A DNA stretch of 64,000 nucleotides from contig JBIOJK010000007.1 of assembly GCA_044450765.1 (NCBI GenBank), forward strand, positions 2,875-66,874. The letters are read 5' to 3'. Shown here one piece after another: positions 40,543-50,607 of the stretch. Within the stretch, counting starts at the first letter, position 1; each line of letters starts with the position of its first letter. The stretch comes from Myxococcota bacterium (GTDB lineage Bacteria; Myxococcota_A; UBA9160; SZUA-336). A program made the position numbers and the translations under genes. A model generated the notes under the pieces. The model was given only the letters and a program-made list of their open reading frames with translations, was not told the origin of the DNA and did no database searches.

Positions 40543-41781
40543 TTGCTGGGCACGAGCTCGTGGTTCCTCGCCTTCGGGATCCACGCCGTGCTCTTCTCGT
40601 GGCTCGTGACGATCGTGCTGCGCGAGTCGCCGCAAATGGTCGGCGTGGCGCAGATGTCGATGCTGGTTCCCGCGACCTTGCTGATGCTCGTCGGCGGCAG
40701 CCTGGCGGACCACTTCGGGGGCCGGCGCATCGCGGTGCTGGCGCAGAGCTTCGCGGTCGCGCCGCCGGTCGCGCTCGCGGTTCTGGTGGCGACGGGCTCG
40801 CTGCGCATCGGCGCGATGCTCGGCTACGCGGTCGCGATGGGTCTGGCGCAGGCGTTCCTGACTCCGGCGCGCGACGCGCTGCTGAACGACGTCGCCGAGG
40901 CGGGCATCCAGCGCACCGTCGTGCGCGCGAGCCTGGTGCAATTCGGCGCCCAGATCGCCGGGTTTCTCGCCGCGTCGCGCGCGGACGCGCTCGGGCCGCT
41001 GCCGATCTTCGCGCTGCAGATCGCGGCGCTCGGCGTGGGCGCGTTCGCGCTGGCGCGCGTGAGGGTCGACCCCCATCCGGTCGCCGAGGGGACTCACTGG
41101 CTGCGCGACATGGCGACGTCGGTCGCCGAGGGCGCGCGCACCGTATTCGCCTCGCGCGAGATGCGGCTGGTCGTGCTGCAGAACGCCGCGATGGGCGCGT
41201 GCTTCATGGGCTCGTACATCGTCACCGTTCCGCTCTTGATCCGCGAGCTGTACAAGGGGTCGGCGTCGGACCTCGGCCTCGTGAACGCGGCTAACTCACT
41301 CGGCCTGCTGACCACCGTGCTCGCGCTGATGCGCTTCGGCGACGTGCGCCGCCGCTTCCGCGCGCTGCTCCTGTCGCAGGCGGTCGGCGCCTGCATTCTC
41401 GCGCTGATCGGCGCCGGGCTCGGCTTCGCCGCGACGCTCGCGCTGATCTGCGTCTGGGGCATGTGCGGCGGCCTCGCGATGAGCATGGCGCGCACGATCA
41501 TGCAAGAGCAGGCGCCGCCCGGTCAGGCCGGACGAGTCATGGCCTTCTTCTCGTTCTCGCTGCTGGGCGCCGGGCCGCTCGGCGCCCTCGCGTGCGGCTA
41601 TCTGGTGACTTGGCTCGGGCCGCAGCGCGCGCTCGTGGTCGCGGCCCTGGTCATGGGGGTCGTCGTCAGCGCGGTGTGCGCGTGGTCGCTGGCGCGGCGC
41701 CGCGACGATCGCCACTTGGCCGCGACAGGATATGCTCACGGTGACTATCGTGAGCGCGCCCGACGGCGCGCAGGAGAGTGA
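40543..41781 (+). CDS. MFS transporter
   Basis: 12 TM. 412 aa. Confidence 0.75.
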   Translation: MLGTSSWFLAFGIHAVLFSWLVTIVLRESPQMVGVAQMSMLVPATLLMLVGGSLADHFGGRRIAVLAQSFAVAPPVALAVLVATGSLRIGAMLGYAVAMGLAQAFLTPARDALLNDVAEAGIQRTVVRASLVQFGAQIAGFLAASRADALGPLPIFALQIAALGVGAFALARVRVDPHPVAEGTHWLRDMATSVAEGARTVFASREMRLVVLQNAAMGACFMGSYIVTVPLLIRELYKGSASDLGLVNAANSLGLLTTVLALMRFGDVRRRFRALLLSQAVGACILALIGAGLGFAATLALICVWGMCGGLAMSMARTIMQEQAPPGQAGRVMAFFSFSLLGAGPLGALACGYLVTWLGPQRALVVAALVMGVVVSAVCAWSLARRRDDRHLAATGYAHGDYRERARRRAGE

Positions 41782-41782
41782 G

Positions 41783-42283
41783 ATGATCGGTCGAATCGTG
41801 AAGGGTCTCGTGATTCTGGTCGTCCTTCTCGCCGTCGCGATCGGCGGGTTGTTCGCGGCGGCGCGCTTCCACGACGGGCCGCTCGCGCTGATTCCCGGCG
41901 GGCCGCTCCAAGCCGGGGAGCTCGTCGCGCAGCCGGCCGCCGATTGGAGCTTCGCCAAGGACGTCCAGGAGATCGAGATGCAGCTCGCCTATCAGAACAC
42001 GTCGCGGACGACCTGGGTGCTGGTGAACGAAGGCGTCGCGTTCATCCCGTGCAGCCTGGCCTTCCCGCCGGGCAAGCGCTGGTACAAGGATGCGGATCAG
42101 AACGGCGAGGCGATCGTGCGCGTGTCGGGCAAGCGCTACCCGGTGACACTGACGCGTGTCCAGGACGAAGCACTTCGCACCGCGCTCGGCAAAATCGCGG
42201 TCGCCAAGTATCCCGCGGCGGCAGGCAATGCCGCCGGCGGAGTGTGGTTCTTCAAGATCGAGCCGAGGCCGAGCAGCGGGTGA
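41783..42283 (+). CDS. Hypothetical single-pass membrane protein, family member B (paralog of 18326..18910)
   Basis: ATG 1 bp after the MFS stop with an AGGAG RBS. Shares conserved blocks with the 18326..18910 product. Confidence 0.5.
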   Translation: MIGRIVKGLVILVVLLAVAIGGLFAAARFHDGPLALIPGGPLQAGELVAQPAADWSFAKDVQEIEMQLAYQNTSRTTWVLVNEGVAFIPCSLAFPPGKRWYKDADQNGEAIVRVSGKRYPVTLTRVQDEALRTALGKIAVAKYPAAAGNAAGGVWFFKIEPRPSSG

Positions 42284-43128
42284 GTCCGGGCGCGCTCGTA
42301 CTCGAGAACGCCGCCGTCGCGATCGCGGTCCTGCCCGAGCTCGGCGGGAAGATCGCGAGCCTCGTGAACCGCGCGACCGGGCGCGAGTGGCTGTGGCGAA
42401 ATCCGTACCTTCCGTATCGCCGCGCCGCGCCCGGCGACTCGTACGTTGCGCTGCACGACACGGGCGGAATCGACGAGTGCTTCCCGACGGTCGCGCCGAC
42501 GGACTCGCTTCCCGATCACGGCGAGCTGTACTCGCAGGCTTGGACGGTCGAGCGGCGCACCGACGACTCACTCGTCACGAGCGTGCCGGGGCCACGCGCG
42601 CGCTACCGCTTCCAGCGTACGCTCCACCTGGCGCGCGCGGCGGCGCGGCTCGATCTGGACTACCGGCTGGAGAATCTCTCCGACGGCGAGCTGCCCTTCG
42701 TCTGGTGTCTCCATCCACTGTTCGCGATCGAGCCCGGCATGCGCATCGAGCTGCCGGACTCGCCTCCGCTGTGTGTCCCTGATCCGAGCAGCCGCGATTT
42801 CGCGCCCTCGGCGTCGAAGACATTCGCGGGACCACTCACCCGCGGCGAGGTCGGGCTCGTGACCGCGGACGGCGGCGAGGCGCTGCGTCTGCGCTTCGAC
42901 CCGGCCCAAACTCCGTTCGTCGGCGTGTGGCGGAACTTCGCGGGCTGGTCCGGCGCAGGAACGCCACCCTACTTCAACCTGGCGCTCGAGCCCTCGATCG
43001 GGGACTCGGACAGCCTCGACGAAGCAATCGCGCGCGGGACCGCGGGCCTGCTCGCGCCGCGCGCGGTGCGGAGCTGGCGGGTCGCGATCGAGCTCTCCCC
43101 CGAGCAAGCCGCCCCCGACCTCGCGTAG
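42280..43128 (+). CDS. Aldose 1-epimerase (galactose mutarotase-like) family protein
   Basis: The GTG overlaps the upstream stop. Pattern consistent with the mutarotase-like fold. Tentative. Confidence 0.45.
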   Translation: MSPGALVLENAAVAIAVLPELGGKIASLVNRATGREWLWRNPYLPYRRAAPGDSYVALHDTGGIDECFPTVAPTDSLPDHGELYSQAWTVERRTDDSLVTSVPGPRARYRFQRTLHLARAAARLDLDYRLENLSDGELPFVWCLHPLFAIEPGMRIELPDSPPLCVPDPSSRDFAPSASKTFAGPLTRGEVGLVTADGGEALRLRFDPAQTPFVGVWRNFAGWSGAGTPPYFNLALEPSIGDSDSLDEAIARGTAGLLAPRAVRSWRVAIELSPEQAAPDLA

Positions 43129-43150
43129 ACTTCCCGAGGAGGTTCCCGCC

Positions 43151-44017
43151 ATGAAGGTCGGTCTCATCCCCGTGAACGTCGGCGTGGCCAGTGTCGAGTC
43201 CATGCTCGCGCTGGCCGAGAAGGCCGAGCAGGTCGGCATCGAGTCACTCTGGACGTTCGAGCATGTCGTGGTGCCGCTCGACTACAAGTCGAAGTACCCG
43301 TACAGCCCCGACGGCAAGATGGCGGTCACGCCCGAGACGAACTTCGTCGACCCGCTCGTCGCGCTGACCGCGATCGCCGCGCGCACGAAGCGCGTGCGGC
43401 TCGGCACCGGCGTGAACATCCTCTCGCAGACGAACCCGCTGTATCTCGCGAAGCAGGCCGCCAGCATCGACTTCGTCTCGAAGGGTCGACTCATGCTGGG
43501 CCTCGGCATCGGCTGGCTGCGCGAGGAGTTCGAGGCGCTCGGCGTTCCCTTCGAGCGCCGCGGCGAGCGCTTCGACGACTACGTGGTGGCCATGCGCAAG
43601 GCTTGGTCGGGCGACGTCGTCGCGCACAAGAGTGACTTCGTCGATTGGAGCGGCTTCAAGACCTTCCCGATTCCGGTGCAGCGACCCGGCGTGCCGATCG
43701 TGATCGGCGGCGCGAAGGGCAAGGCGTTCGAGCGCGTCGCGAAATACGGCGACGGCTGGTACGCCCCGACCGCGAACATTGCCCAGCTCGAGCCGATGCT
43801 GAAGGACTTGCGCGCCGCCTGCGCGAAGATCGGCCGAGACCCGAAGACGATCGAAATCTCGTGCATGTGGATCCCGGCCGCCGAGGGCCCGGTCGCCGTG
43901 AAGCGCTACGAGGAGCTCGGCGTGAGTCGCCTGATCGTCCCGGTCATGGCGCTCGGCGCGCCGCCGCTCGAGGCGATCGAGCGCTTTGCAAATGAGTGGC
44001 TGCCGAAGCTGGCTTAG
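43151..44017 (+). CDS. LLM-class F420/flavin-dependent oxidoreductase
   Basis: Luciferase-like TIM barrel. 288 aa. Confidence 0.7.
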   Translation: MKVGLIPVNVGVASVESMLALAEKAEQVGIESLWTFEHVVVPLDYKSKYPYSPDGKMAVTPETNFVDPLVALTAIAARTKRVRLGTGVNILSQTNPLYLAKQAASIDFVSKGRLMLGLGIGWLREEFEALGVPFERRGERFDDYVVAMRKAWSGDVVAHKSDFVDWSGFKTFPIPVQRPGVPIVIGGAKGKAFERVAKYGDGWYAPTANIAQLEPMLKDLRAACAKIGRDPKTIEISCMWIPAAEGPVAVKRYEELGVSRLIVPVMALGAPPLEAIERFANEWLPKLA

Positions 44018-45165
44018 ATGACTGCCGCAGCACTGCGCGAGTAGTAGCGTCCGAGCAGCAGCGCCTGCGCAGCCAGGCCGAGGACCGCGAGCGAAATAAC
44101 CGCAGAGAGCGAGATCCCGTCGGAGACGAGCGCCGCCGCGGCGAGGCAGCCGCACACGCAGCCCACGTCCCAGCCGCCTTCGGCTGCGATCATGAAGCGA
44201 AGCGCGCACGGAGATGCCTTTCCGAGGTTGTAGACCGGGGTCATCTGTACCGGCCTCTGAAGGCAGCCTGCGAGCGCGCCGAAGGCGTTCGCGGCGACCG
44301 CGAGCCACGGGGTGCCGAGACTCACTGCGCGCAGCGCCAAGGTCGCGGCAACGACGGGATAGGCGATGCCCAGCGCACGGAGCCCGTTGCCGCGGTCGAT
44401 GTGGCGGCCGAGCAGCATGCCACTCACGGCGCCGACCAGCGCGGCCAGTGCCATCGCGCCGCCGTACGCCGAGAGACTCTGCCCCAGTGAGAGGAACAGC
44501 GCGATCTGCCACACCAAATCGAACGCCGCGGAGAACCAGCCGTCGGTCGCGAAGAGCGACACGCCCAGCAGCGCCGAACGGAGCGCGCCGGGCGCCGTGG
44601 GCGGAACGAAGACGTTCGGCGTCGCGAGCAGCGGCGCGGCTGCAAGCGCCTGCACCACACCCACGGTTCCGAACGCCAGGCGTGGGCCGAAGTGGACGAG
44701 AGACCAAGCGCCGAGCAGCGGCGCGACGATCCCCACGATCGCCGACAGCGCCACACCCGCGCCGATCTGATGGCCGCGATGCTCGCTGTCACCGAGCAAT
44801 GCGAAGTACGCGTGATACGACGACCAGTAGAAGGTGTCTCCGAGCGCCGAGATCAGACAGTAGGCGAGGAGTGTCCGGTCGACGCCGTGCACCTCTGCCA
44901 GCAGCGGGTATTGCAGCGCGATCACGAGGCAGCCGAAGACGACCAGCGGCTTCAGTCCCCAGCGCTTGCCCGAGGCGAGCACCACGGGGCGAGTCACGAA
45001 GCGCCCGGTGAAGATCAGCGCGATCGCGCACAGAGTCACCGGGATCGATATTCCCGCGCGGAGCAGGAACACGAGCACGAACACGCCGCCCATGCCCTGG
45101 GCCAGAGCCTGGATGCCGGAGTGGAGATTGATCCAATTGACCGCGCGATTGCGCAGGAACGCCAT
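44014..45165 (-). CDS. MFS transporter
   Basis: 12 TM. 383 aa. Confidence 0.7.
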   Translation of the reverse strand: MAFLRNRAVNWINLHSGIQALAQGMGGVFVLVFLLRAGISIPVTLCAIALIFTGRFVTRPVVLASGKRWGLKPLVVFGCLVIALQYPLLAEVHGVDRTLLAYCLISALGDTFYWSSYHAYFALLGDSEHRGHQIGAGVALSAIVGIVAPLLGAWSLVHFGPRLAFGTVGVVQALAAAPLLATPNVFVPPTAPGALRSALLGVSLFATDGWFSAAFDLVWQIALFLSLGQSLSAYGGAMALAALVGAVSGMLLGRHIDRGNGLRALGIAYPVVAATLALRAVSLGTPWLAVAANAFGALAGCLQRPVQMTPVYNLGKASPCALRFMIAAEGGWDVGCVCGCLAAAALVSDGISLSAVISLAVLGLAAQALLLGRYYSRSAAAVI

Positions 45166-45326
45166 GGGAGCCGCCTCGGATTGAAGATGTGACGGAGGCC
45201 CGGCGCTCTTCGAGCAGGCCGGGCGGGTTTCAGCCGGACCTTCAGCTGCGAACTTTTTCCGTGCACATCAGAGCGGCACCTCGCTTGGCAGGCGCAGTAT
45301 CTCCCGTGGCTCGTGGAAAAGGCAAT

Positions 45327-45355
45327 GGGGTCGCCGCGGAATTCGCGGCGACCCC
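45327..45355 (-). terminator. GC-rich hairpin (11-bp stem GGGGTCGCCGC / GCGGCGACCCC around a GAATTC-containing loop), candidate intrinsic terminator of the CHRD gene
   Basis: Seen directly. On the minus strand the hairpin is followed by ATTGCCTTTTCC, and on the plus strand by ATTTG. Confidence 0.4.
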
Positions 45356-45407
45356 ATTTGCGAAAGGTGGACGAACGGCCGAGGTGGCCTCGCCGCGCAC
45401 TGACTCG

Positions 45408-45989
45408 CTAGGCGCGGCGCCTTGCCACCAGCGAGAGCGCCACGAGTCCCACGCCGACGAGTCCGAGCAGCTCTGGCTCGGGAACGGCCTGCAGGAAGCC
45501 GCGGATCTCGCCGCCGGGTGAGGTCGAGGTGTGGATGTTGAAGTAGGTGGCGCCCCCAGCGAGCCCGTTCAGCAGCGCGTTCAGCGCGCCGCTGACGTCG
45601 GTGTTCGCGGTGACGAAGGCCGGGTTGTAGCTCGAGGCTTGTGACAGATCGAAGGTCTGGTCGTAGCTGCCGGAAGTCACGCCGGTCGGGAAGCCCGGAA
45701 AGCTCGGCACCGCCGTCGCGACGCCCACGTTGAGCGGACCGGAGGGAACCAGACAGCAGTGGATGTGCGCCGCCGTCGAGGTTCCCTGCAGACCCGAGAA
45801 GTCGGCCTGAACCTCCATCGACAGCACGTCGAGATCGATCGTGACCTTCACGGTTCCGATTCCGGGCGATGCGTTGGCCGGTGACTCGTTCCCCCCGGAG
45901 AGCGTCGCCTCGTACACGACTTCGTGTGCGGCGGCGGGCAGCGCCGCGGCCGCGATCAGACACAGTGCGGAGATCCAACTCAGCTTCAC
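45408..45989 (-). CDS. CHRD domain-containing protein with PEP-CTERM sorting signal
   Basis: Signal peptide. Probable CHRD-domain region. C-terminal VPEPELLGLVGVGLVALSLVARRRA is a canonical PEP-CTERM tail. Confidence 0.7.
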   Translation of the reverse strand: MKLSWISALCLIAAAALPAAAHEVVYEATLSGGNESPANASPGIGTVKVTIDLDVLSMEVQADFSGLQGTSTAAHIHCCLVPSGPLNVGVATAVPSFPGFPTGVTSGSYDQTFDLSQASSYNPAFVTANTDVSGALNALLNGLAGGATYFNIHTSTSPGGEIRGFLQAVPEPELLGLVGVGLVALSLVARRRA

Positions 45990-46141
45990 GATGATCCCTC
46001 CATCTCGGACTTCTCGACCCGATACGTCGCCGGATCCGAGACGGATGCGTTCACCAGCTCCTCGACGCGCACGCCGGCGCGCTCTGCCTTTGACGACGGA
46101 GGGCTGCCGGGTCGAAGATGGCGGCGGCGAGGAGGGTTCCG

Positions 46142-46963
46142 ATGTACCAGCAGATTCGCGTCGAGCCGATGGCGGGCGCGCTCGGCGCCGAGGTCTCGGG
46201 GGTGGAGCTCCAGAAGCCGCTCGACGGCGAGAAGCTCGCCGAGATTCGGCGCGCGTGGCTCGCTCACCAGGTGCTGTTCTTCCGCGATCAGCCGCTCAGT
46301 GTCGACGAGCACAAGGCGTTCGCGCGGCGCTTCGGTGAGCTGCACATCCACCCGGTGCTGCAGCAGATGGCCGATCAGGGTCACCCCGAGATCGTCGTGC
46401 TCGAGAGCGATGCGCGGCGTCCGGTCGTCGCCGACCGCTGGCACAGCGACGTCACCTTCGAGCGCGAGCCGCCGCTCGGCTCGATCCTGCGCGCCGTCGA
46501 GGTGCCCGAGATGGGCGGCGACACGATGTGGGCCAGCATGACGGCCGCCTACGACGCGCTGTCGGAGCCGATGAAGGCGCTGCTCGCGCCGCTGCGCGCG
46601 AGTCACAGCGGCGCCGGCTTCCGCAGGCGTGCGACCGAGGACCAGCGCGACGCGCTCGCCCAGAACGAGACCCACTCGCACCCGGTGATCCGGACTCACC
46701 CCGAGACTGGACGCAGGGCGATCTTCGTCAACTCCGCGTTCACTCGGTCGATCGACGGCATGAAGCCGCGCGAGAGCGCCGCGCTGCTCGAGTTCCTGTT
46801 CGAGCACCTGACCTCGCCGGAGTTCTCGTGCCGCTTCCGCTGGCGCAAACACTCGATCGCGATGTGGGACAACCGCTGCACGCAACACCGCGTGGTGGCC
46901 GACAATCTCACCGCCTACCGGCGCATGGAGCGAGTGACTCTGCTCGGCGACCGGCCGTACTGA
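46142..46963 (+). CDS. TauD/TfdA family alpha-ketoglutarate-dependent dioxygenase
   Basis: WHSDVTFE metal-binding HxD motif and the distal His and Arg (HRV) of the TauD family. GAGGAGG RBS. Confidence 0.8.
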   Translation: MYQQIRVEPMAGALGAEVSGVELQKPLDGEKLAEIRRAWLAHQVLFFRDQPLSVDEHKAFARRFGELHIHPVLQQMADQGHPEIVVLESDARRPVVADRWHSDVTFEREPPLGSILRAVEVPEMGGDTMWASMTAAYDALSEPMKALLAPLRASHSGAGFRRRATEDQRDALAQNETHSHPVIRTHPETGRRAIFVNSAFTRSIDGMKPRESAALLEFLFEHLTSPEFSCRFRWRKHSIAMWDNRCTQHRVVADNLTAYRRMERVTLLGDRPY

Positions 46964-46973
46964 GAGGTTCGAG

Positions 46974-47780
46974 ATGGCGGCGCTCCACCCCGACGAGGTC
47001 CAGAGTCACTTGAAGCGCGTCGAGCGCGACGGCTACACGGTCGTCGAGGACGCCTTTCCCGCGGCCGACGCCGACGCGCTGCTCGCGGAGCTGGCGCGCC
47101 TCGAGCGCGAGCTCGCGATCGAGTTCGCCAGCAACACGTTCGAGGGTCAGCGCACCAAGCGCGTCTACAACCTGCTGGCGCACGGGCCGCGTTTCGAGGC
47201 GATCCCCGTGCACCCGGCGGTGCTGCCGATCGTCGACGGCGTGCTCGACTCGGGCTGTCTCGTCTCGTCGCTCTCGTCGATCGCGATCCACCCGGACGAG
47301 ACCGCGCAGCCGATTCACGCCGACGACCAGCTGCTGCCGCTGGCGAAGCCGCACGTCGCCACGGTCTGCAACTCCATGTGGGCGCTCACCGACTTCACCG
47401 AAGAGAACGGCGCGACGCGCATCATTCCCGGCTCGCACACGCGCGATCACAGTCCGGTGTACGGCTCGGAGCACGCGTCGATCCCCGCCGAGATGCGCCG
47501 CGGCAGCGTGCTGATCTGGCACGGCAGTCTCTGGCACGGCGGCGGCGCCAACCGCAGCAAGAACGTGCGCGTCGGGATCGCCATGAACTACTGCGCCGGC
47601 TGGATCCGCCAGCAGGAGAACCAGCAGCTCGGCCTCGCGCGCGAGACGGTCCAGCGCTTCAGCCCGCGCCTGCGCGAGCTGGTTGGCTACGGCATCTACC
47701 GCGGACTCATCGGCCACATCGACAAGCACAACCCGGTCGAGTTGCTGGGCGAGGTGAGTGACACGCGCGTCTTCGACTAG
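46974..47780 (+). CDS. Phytanoyl-CoA dioxygenase (PhyH) family protein
   Basis: HADDQ (HxD) and distal WHGGGAN motifs of the PhyH family. Confidence 0.8.
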   Translation: MAALHPDEVQSHLKRVERDGYTVVEDAFPAADADALLAELARLERELAIEFASNTFEGQRTKRVYNLLAHGPRFEAIPVHPAVLPIVDGVLDSGCLVSSLSSIAIHPDETAQPIHADDQLLPLAKPHVATVCNSMWALTDFTEENGATRIIPGSHTRDHSPVYGSEHASIPAEMRRGSVLIWHGSLWHGGGANRSKNVRVGIAMNYCAGWIRQQENQQLGLARETVQRFSPRLRELVGYGIYRGLIGHIDKHNPVELLGEVSDTRVFD

Positions 47781-48445
47781 GACCGCGCGCGCAGCAAAGC
47801 CACCGCGATCGCGACGAGCCATACGAGGTGGGTAATCGGCGCAAGACTCGGCAGTAACCCACCGGGCGACCACAGGCCCTCGGGAGCGAGTGACATCGAC
47901 GAGGCCAAGTGAGTTGCGGCGACCGCGATTGCGCCGTACGCGACCCAGGCCGGGAGCACGCGCGTCTCGAGGATCACCTTTGCGGCGGCCGCCGGGTACA
48001 CGGCGTTCGGAAATGCGGTCGAGAGATTGGCGACCAGGGCGATGTCGTACAGAGCGCGCAGCGTCGCCGGGTCGAGATTCGGCGCCATGTGGGCGATCGC
48101 CGCGAGGAACGTCGTGCAGGCGAGAATGGTGACCGCGGTGGCAACGCACGCCGCGAATGCGATCGCCGACCACAGACCGGCACCGCCCTCGGCGCGGCGC
48201 AGCACCGCCCACAGACCGCCGCCGAAGACGATCAGCAGGCCGCCCCAGCCGATCTCGCTGAGCTCGATCGCGAAGAGAGTCGAATAGCGCGCCTCCGCCG
48301 GCGATGCGGCGAGCTGCGCGTCACTGCCGATGAGCGGGTGGATGATTCCAATCCACAGGTAGGGAGCGAACAGCAGTGCCACCCCGAGCGCCGCGTACGC
48401 GGCGACGCGGGCCCCCTGTGAATCGATCGGTGTGGTGCCAGTCAC
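47777..48445 (-). CDS. Hypothetical polytopic membrane protein
   Basis: About 6 TM. The GTG at 48445 overlaps the upstream TGA. The N-terminal 300 aa of the long ORF is rejected as GC artefact. Confidence 0.45.
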   Translation of the reverse strand: MTGTTPIDSQGARVAAYAALGVALLFAPYLWIGIIHPLIGSDAQLAASPAEARYSTLFAIELSEIGWGGLLIVFGGGLWAVLRRAEGGAGLWSAIAFAACVATAVTILACTTFLAAIAHMAPNLDPATLRALYDIALVANLSTAFPNAVYPAAAAKVILETRVLPAWVAYGAIAVAATHLASSMSLAPEGLWSPGGLLPSLAPITHLVWLVAIAVALLRARS

Positions 48446-49800
48446 TCTGCCGGCGGTATCTCGCGCGGCGCGAGCTCGGTGAGCGCGCCGCCGCCGACGG
48501 CGGACTCCTCGGCGATCTTCTCGAGCAGCGCGTCGCCGCCGGCGTCCTTGAAGAGCTGCTTCATCACCGCGGGCACGTTGTAGCCCTCGGGCATCGTGGG
48601 CGCCTTGCGCTGCTTGCGCGCGAGCGCGGCGTCGACCGCGGGCGCGAGGCGCGCGGCCTTGTGATCGCGCTGCTTCTGGTCGCGATCTTTGAACTCGGGG
48701 AGTATCTCGCGACCGAACAGCTCGATCGCCTCCATGATGTGCTCGTGCCGGTTCTTGCCGGCCTGCAACACGAAGATGAGCTGGTCGACGCCGGCGGCTT
48801 CGAAACGGCGCAGGTAGCCGCGCAGCTGCTCCGGCGTGCCGACCGCGCCGCGCAGCGCCGAGGACTGACCCTGCGCGACCTTCGCGCCGAGCTCCTGGCG
48901 CTCGGCGATCGCGAGCTCGGAGTTGTAGCCGCGTTCGTGGCGCTTGCTCTGGAAGTCTTTCCACAGATCGGTCGTGCCGGGGACGTGGTTGCCGAAGGCG
49001 GCGTAGAAGGCGAGCGAGTAGCCGAAGAAGTTCCCGCCCTCGAGGCCGCGGCGGATCGCCTCCCGCTCGTCGCGGTGCACCATCATGGGAGTCACGCACG
49101 CGACGTCGGTGTTGACGAGCTCGCCGATCGGCGTGCACTTCGCGAGCCGCTTCTCGTGCGCCTCGGTCCAGCCGCGCGCTTCCTCCGGATCGATGAACGC
49201 GAAGGTGAGTGACCCGAGCCCGAGCTCGGCGGCCATCATGATCGTGTCCCGCCGCGAGCATGCGACCCAGAGCGGCGGGTGGGGGCGCTGGAAGGGCTTC
49301 GGCACCACGTTGCGCGGCGGCATCTTCACCCACTTGCCGTCGACGCCGCCGAAGGGCGTCTCGGTGAGACAGCGCACCGCGACCTCGAGCCCCTCGCGCC
49401 ACTGCTCGCGCTTCAGGAACGGGTCGACGTTGAAGCCGCCCATCTCGCCGGTCGTCGCCGACTCACCGGAGCCGAACTCGACGCGTCCGCCCGAGATCAA
49501 GTCGAGCGTCGCGACGCGCTCCGCCGTGCGCGCGGGGTGGTTGTAGAGCGGGGAGGTCTGGATGATCCCGTGGCCGAGCCGGATGTTCTTGGTGCGCTGA
49601 CTCGCCGCGGCGAGAAACACCTCGGGGGCGCTCGAGTGCGAGTACTCCTCGAGGAAGTGGTGCTCGACCTCCCACACGTACTCGATGCCGAGCTTGTCCG
49701 CGAGCTCGACCTGCTCGAGCGCGTTCTGCATCAGGCGATACTCGTCGTCCTCTGCCCAAGGACGCGGGAGCTGGTGCTCGTAGAAGACCCCGAAGCGCAT
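48442..49800 (-). CDS. LLM-class flavin-dependent oxidoreductase (luciferase-like monooxygenase)
   Basis: Luciferase-like TIM barrel. Start at MRFGVFYEHQ. Confidence 0.75.
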   Translation of the reverse strand: MRFGVFYEHQLPRPWAEDDEYRLMQNALEQVELADKLGIEYVWEVEHHFLEEYSHSSAPEVFLAAASQRTKNIRLGHGIIQTSPLYNHPARTAERVATLDLISGGRVEFGSGESATTGEMGGFNVDPFLKREQWREGLEVAVRCLTETPFGGVDGKWVKMPPRNVVPKPFQRPHPPLWVACSRRDTIMMAAELGLGSLTFAFIDPEEARGWTEAHEKRLAKCTPIGELVNTDVACVTPMMVHRDEREAIRRGLEGGNFFGYSLAFYAAFGNHVPGTTDLWKDFQSKRHERGYNSELAIAERQELGAKVAQGQSSALRGAVGTPEQLRGYLRRFEAAGVDQLIFVLQAGKNRHEHIMEAIELFGREILPEFKDRDQKQRDHKAARLAPAVDAALARKQRKAPTMPEGYNVPAVMKQLFKDAGGDALLEKIAEESAVGGGALTELAPREIPPAE

Positions 49801-49914
49801 CGCGGCTCTCCCTGCTTGAACTCGTGCGCCGATGATACCCAAACGCGCCGCGCGATTTTCGAGACGGTTCGACGTCCCTCTCCGCGCGCGCCCGCGGCCA
49901 ACCGATGGAATGGC

Positions 49915-50607
49915 ATGCACACGGGGTCGCTGCCCAAGCACGACGTGATGGGCCCGGTCACGCGCGCGGTCGAGGCCGGCTCGATCGCCGCCGCCGCCGC
50001 GCTCGTGCTCGTGGACGGCGCGCGGCTTGCGAGCTGGGGCGATGTCGGCGGCGCATGGCTGCCGCTGGTCGCGATCGCCGGCGCGCTGGGAGCGGACTTC
50101 GCCTCGGGACTGGTGCACTGGGCCGCAGACACCTGGGGCAGTGAGTCCCTGCCGGTGCTCGGCCGGCGCCTGCTGCGGCCGTTCCGCGTCCACCACGTGA
50201 ATCCGGACGACTTTCTCGAGCGCGACTTCATCGACTGCAACGGCGACGTCGCGCTGCTCGCGAGCCCGCTGCTCGTCGCGGCGTGGCTGATTCCGCTGGA
50301 GAATGAGTGGGCGCGAATCGCGTCGGCGTTCTTGGTCGTGTTCGCGGCAGTGTCGCTGCCCACGAACCAGGTGCACCAGTGGGCGCACATGCCGCGGCCA
50401 CCGCGCGCGGTCGCCTGGCTGCAGCGCCGCGGCTGGATCCTGTCCCGCGCCGAGCACGGGCGACACCACCGGGCGCCGCACACATCGCGCTACTGCATCG
50501 CCACGGGCTGGTGCAATGCGGCCCTGGACGCAATCGGATTCTTCCCCGCGCTCGAGCGCGCGATCTCGGCGGTCACGGGCCTGCGGCCGCGCGGTGACTC
50601 GCCGTGA
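49915..50607 (+). CDS. carF: CarF / PEDS1 (TMEM189) family plasmanylethanolamine desaturase homolog
   Basis: Blocks ADFASGLVHWAADTWGS, RPFRVHH, NQVHQWAH and GRHHRAPHxxxYCIxTGW closely match the TMEM189 histidine motifs as I recall them. The start is uncertain, with internal ATG candidates. Confidence 0.8.
   Translation: MHTGSLPKHDVMGPVTRAVEAGSIAAAAALVLVDGARLASWGDVGGAWLPLVAIAGALGADFASGLVHWAADTWGSESLPVLGRRLLRPFRVHHVNPDDFLERDFIDCNGDVALLASPLLVAAWLIPLENEWARIASAFLVVFAAVSLPTNQVHQWAHMPRPPRAVAWLQRRGWILSRAEHGRHHRAPHTSRYCIATGWCNAALDAIGFFPALERAISAVTGLRPRGDSP

Noticed and set aside
45986-46888. 300-aa minus-strand ORF antisense to the TauD gene
   Set aside because: No motifs. Antisense to a gene with a clear TauD HxD...H signature and a good RBS.
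48446-49402. N-terminal 319 aa of the 541-aa ORF 47777..49402
   Set aside because: Arg/Ala-rich artefact overlapping the LLM oxidoreductase in another frame. Only the C-terminal 222-aa hydrophobic part (from GTG 48445) looks like a real membrane protein.
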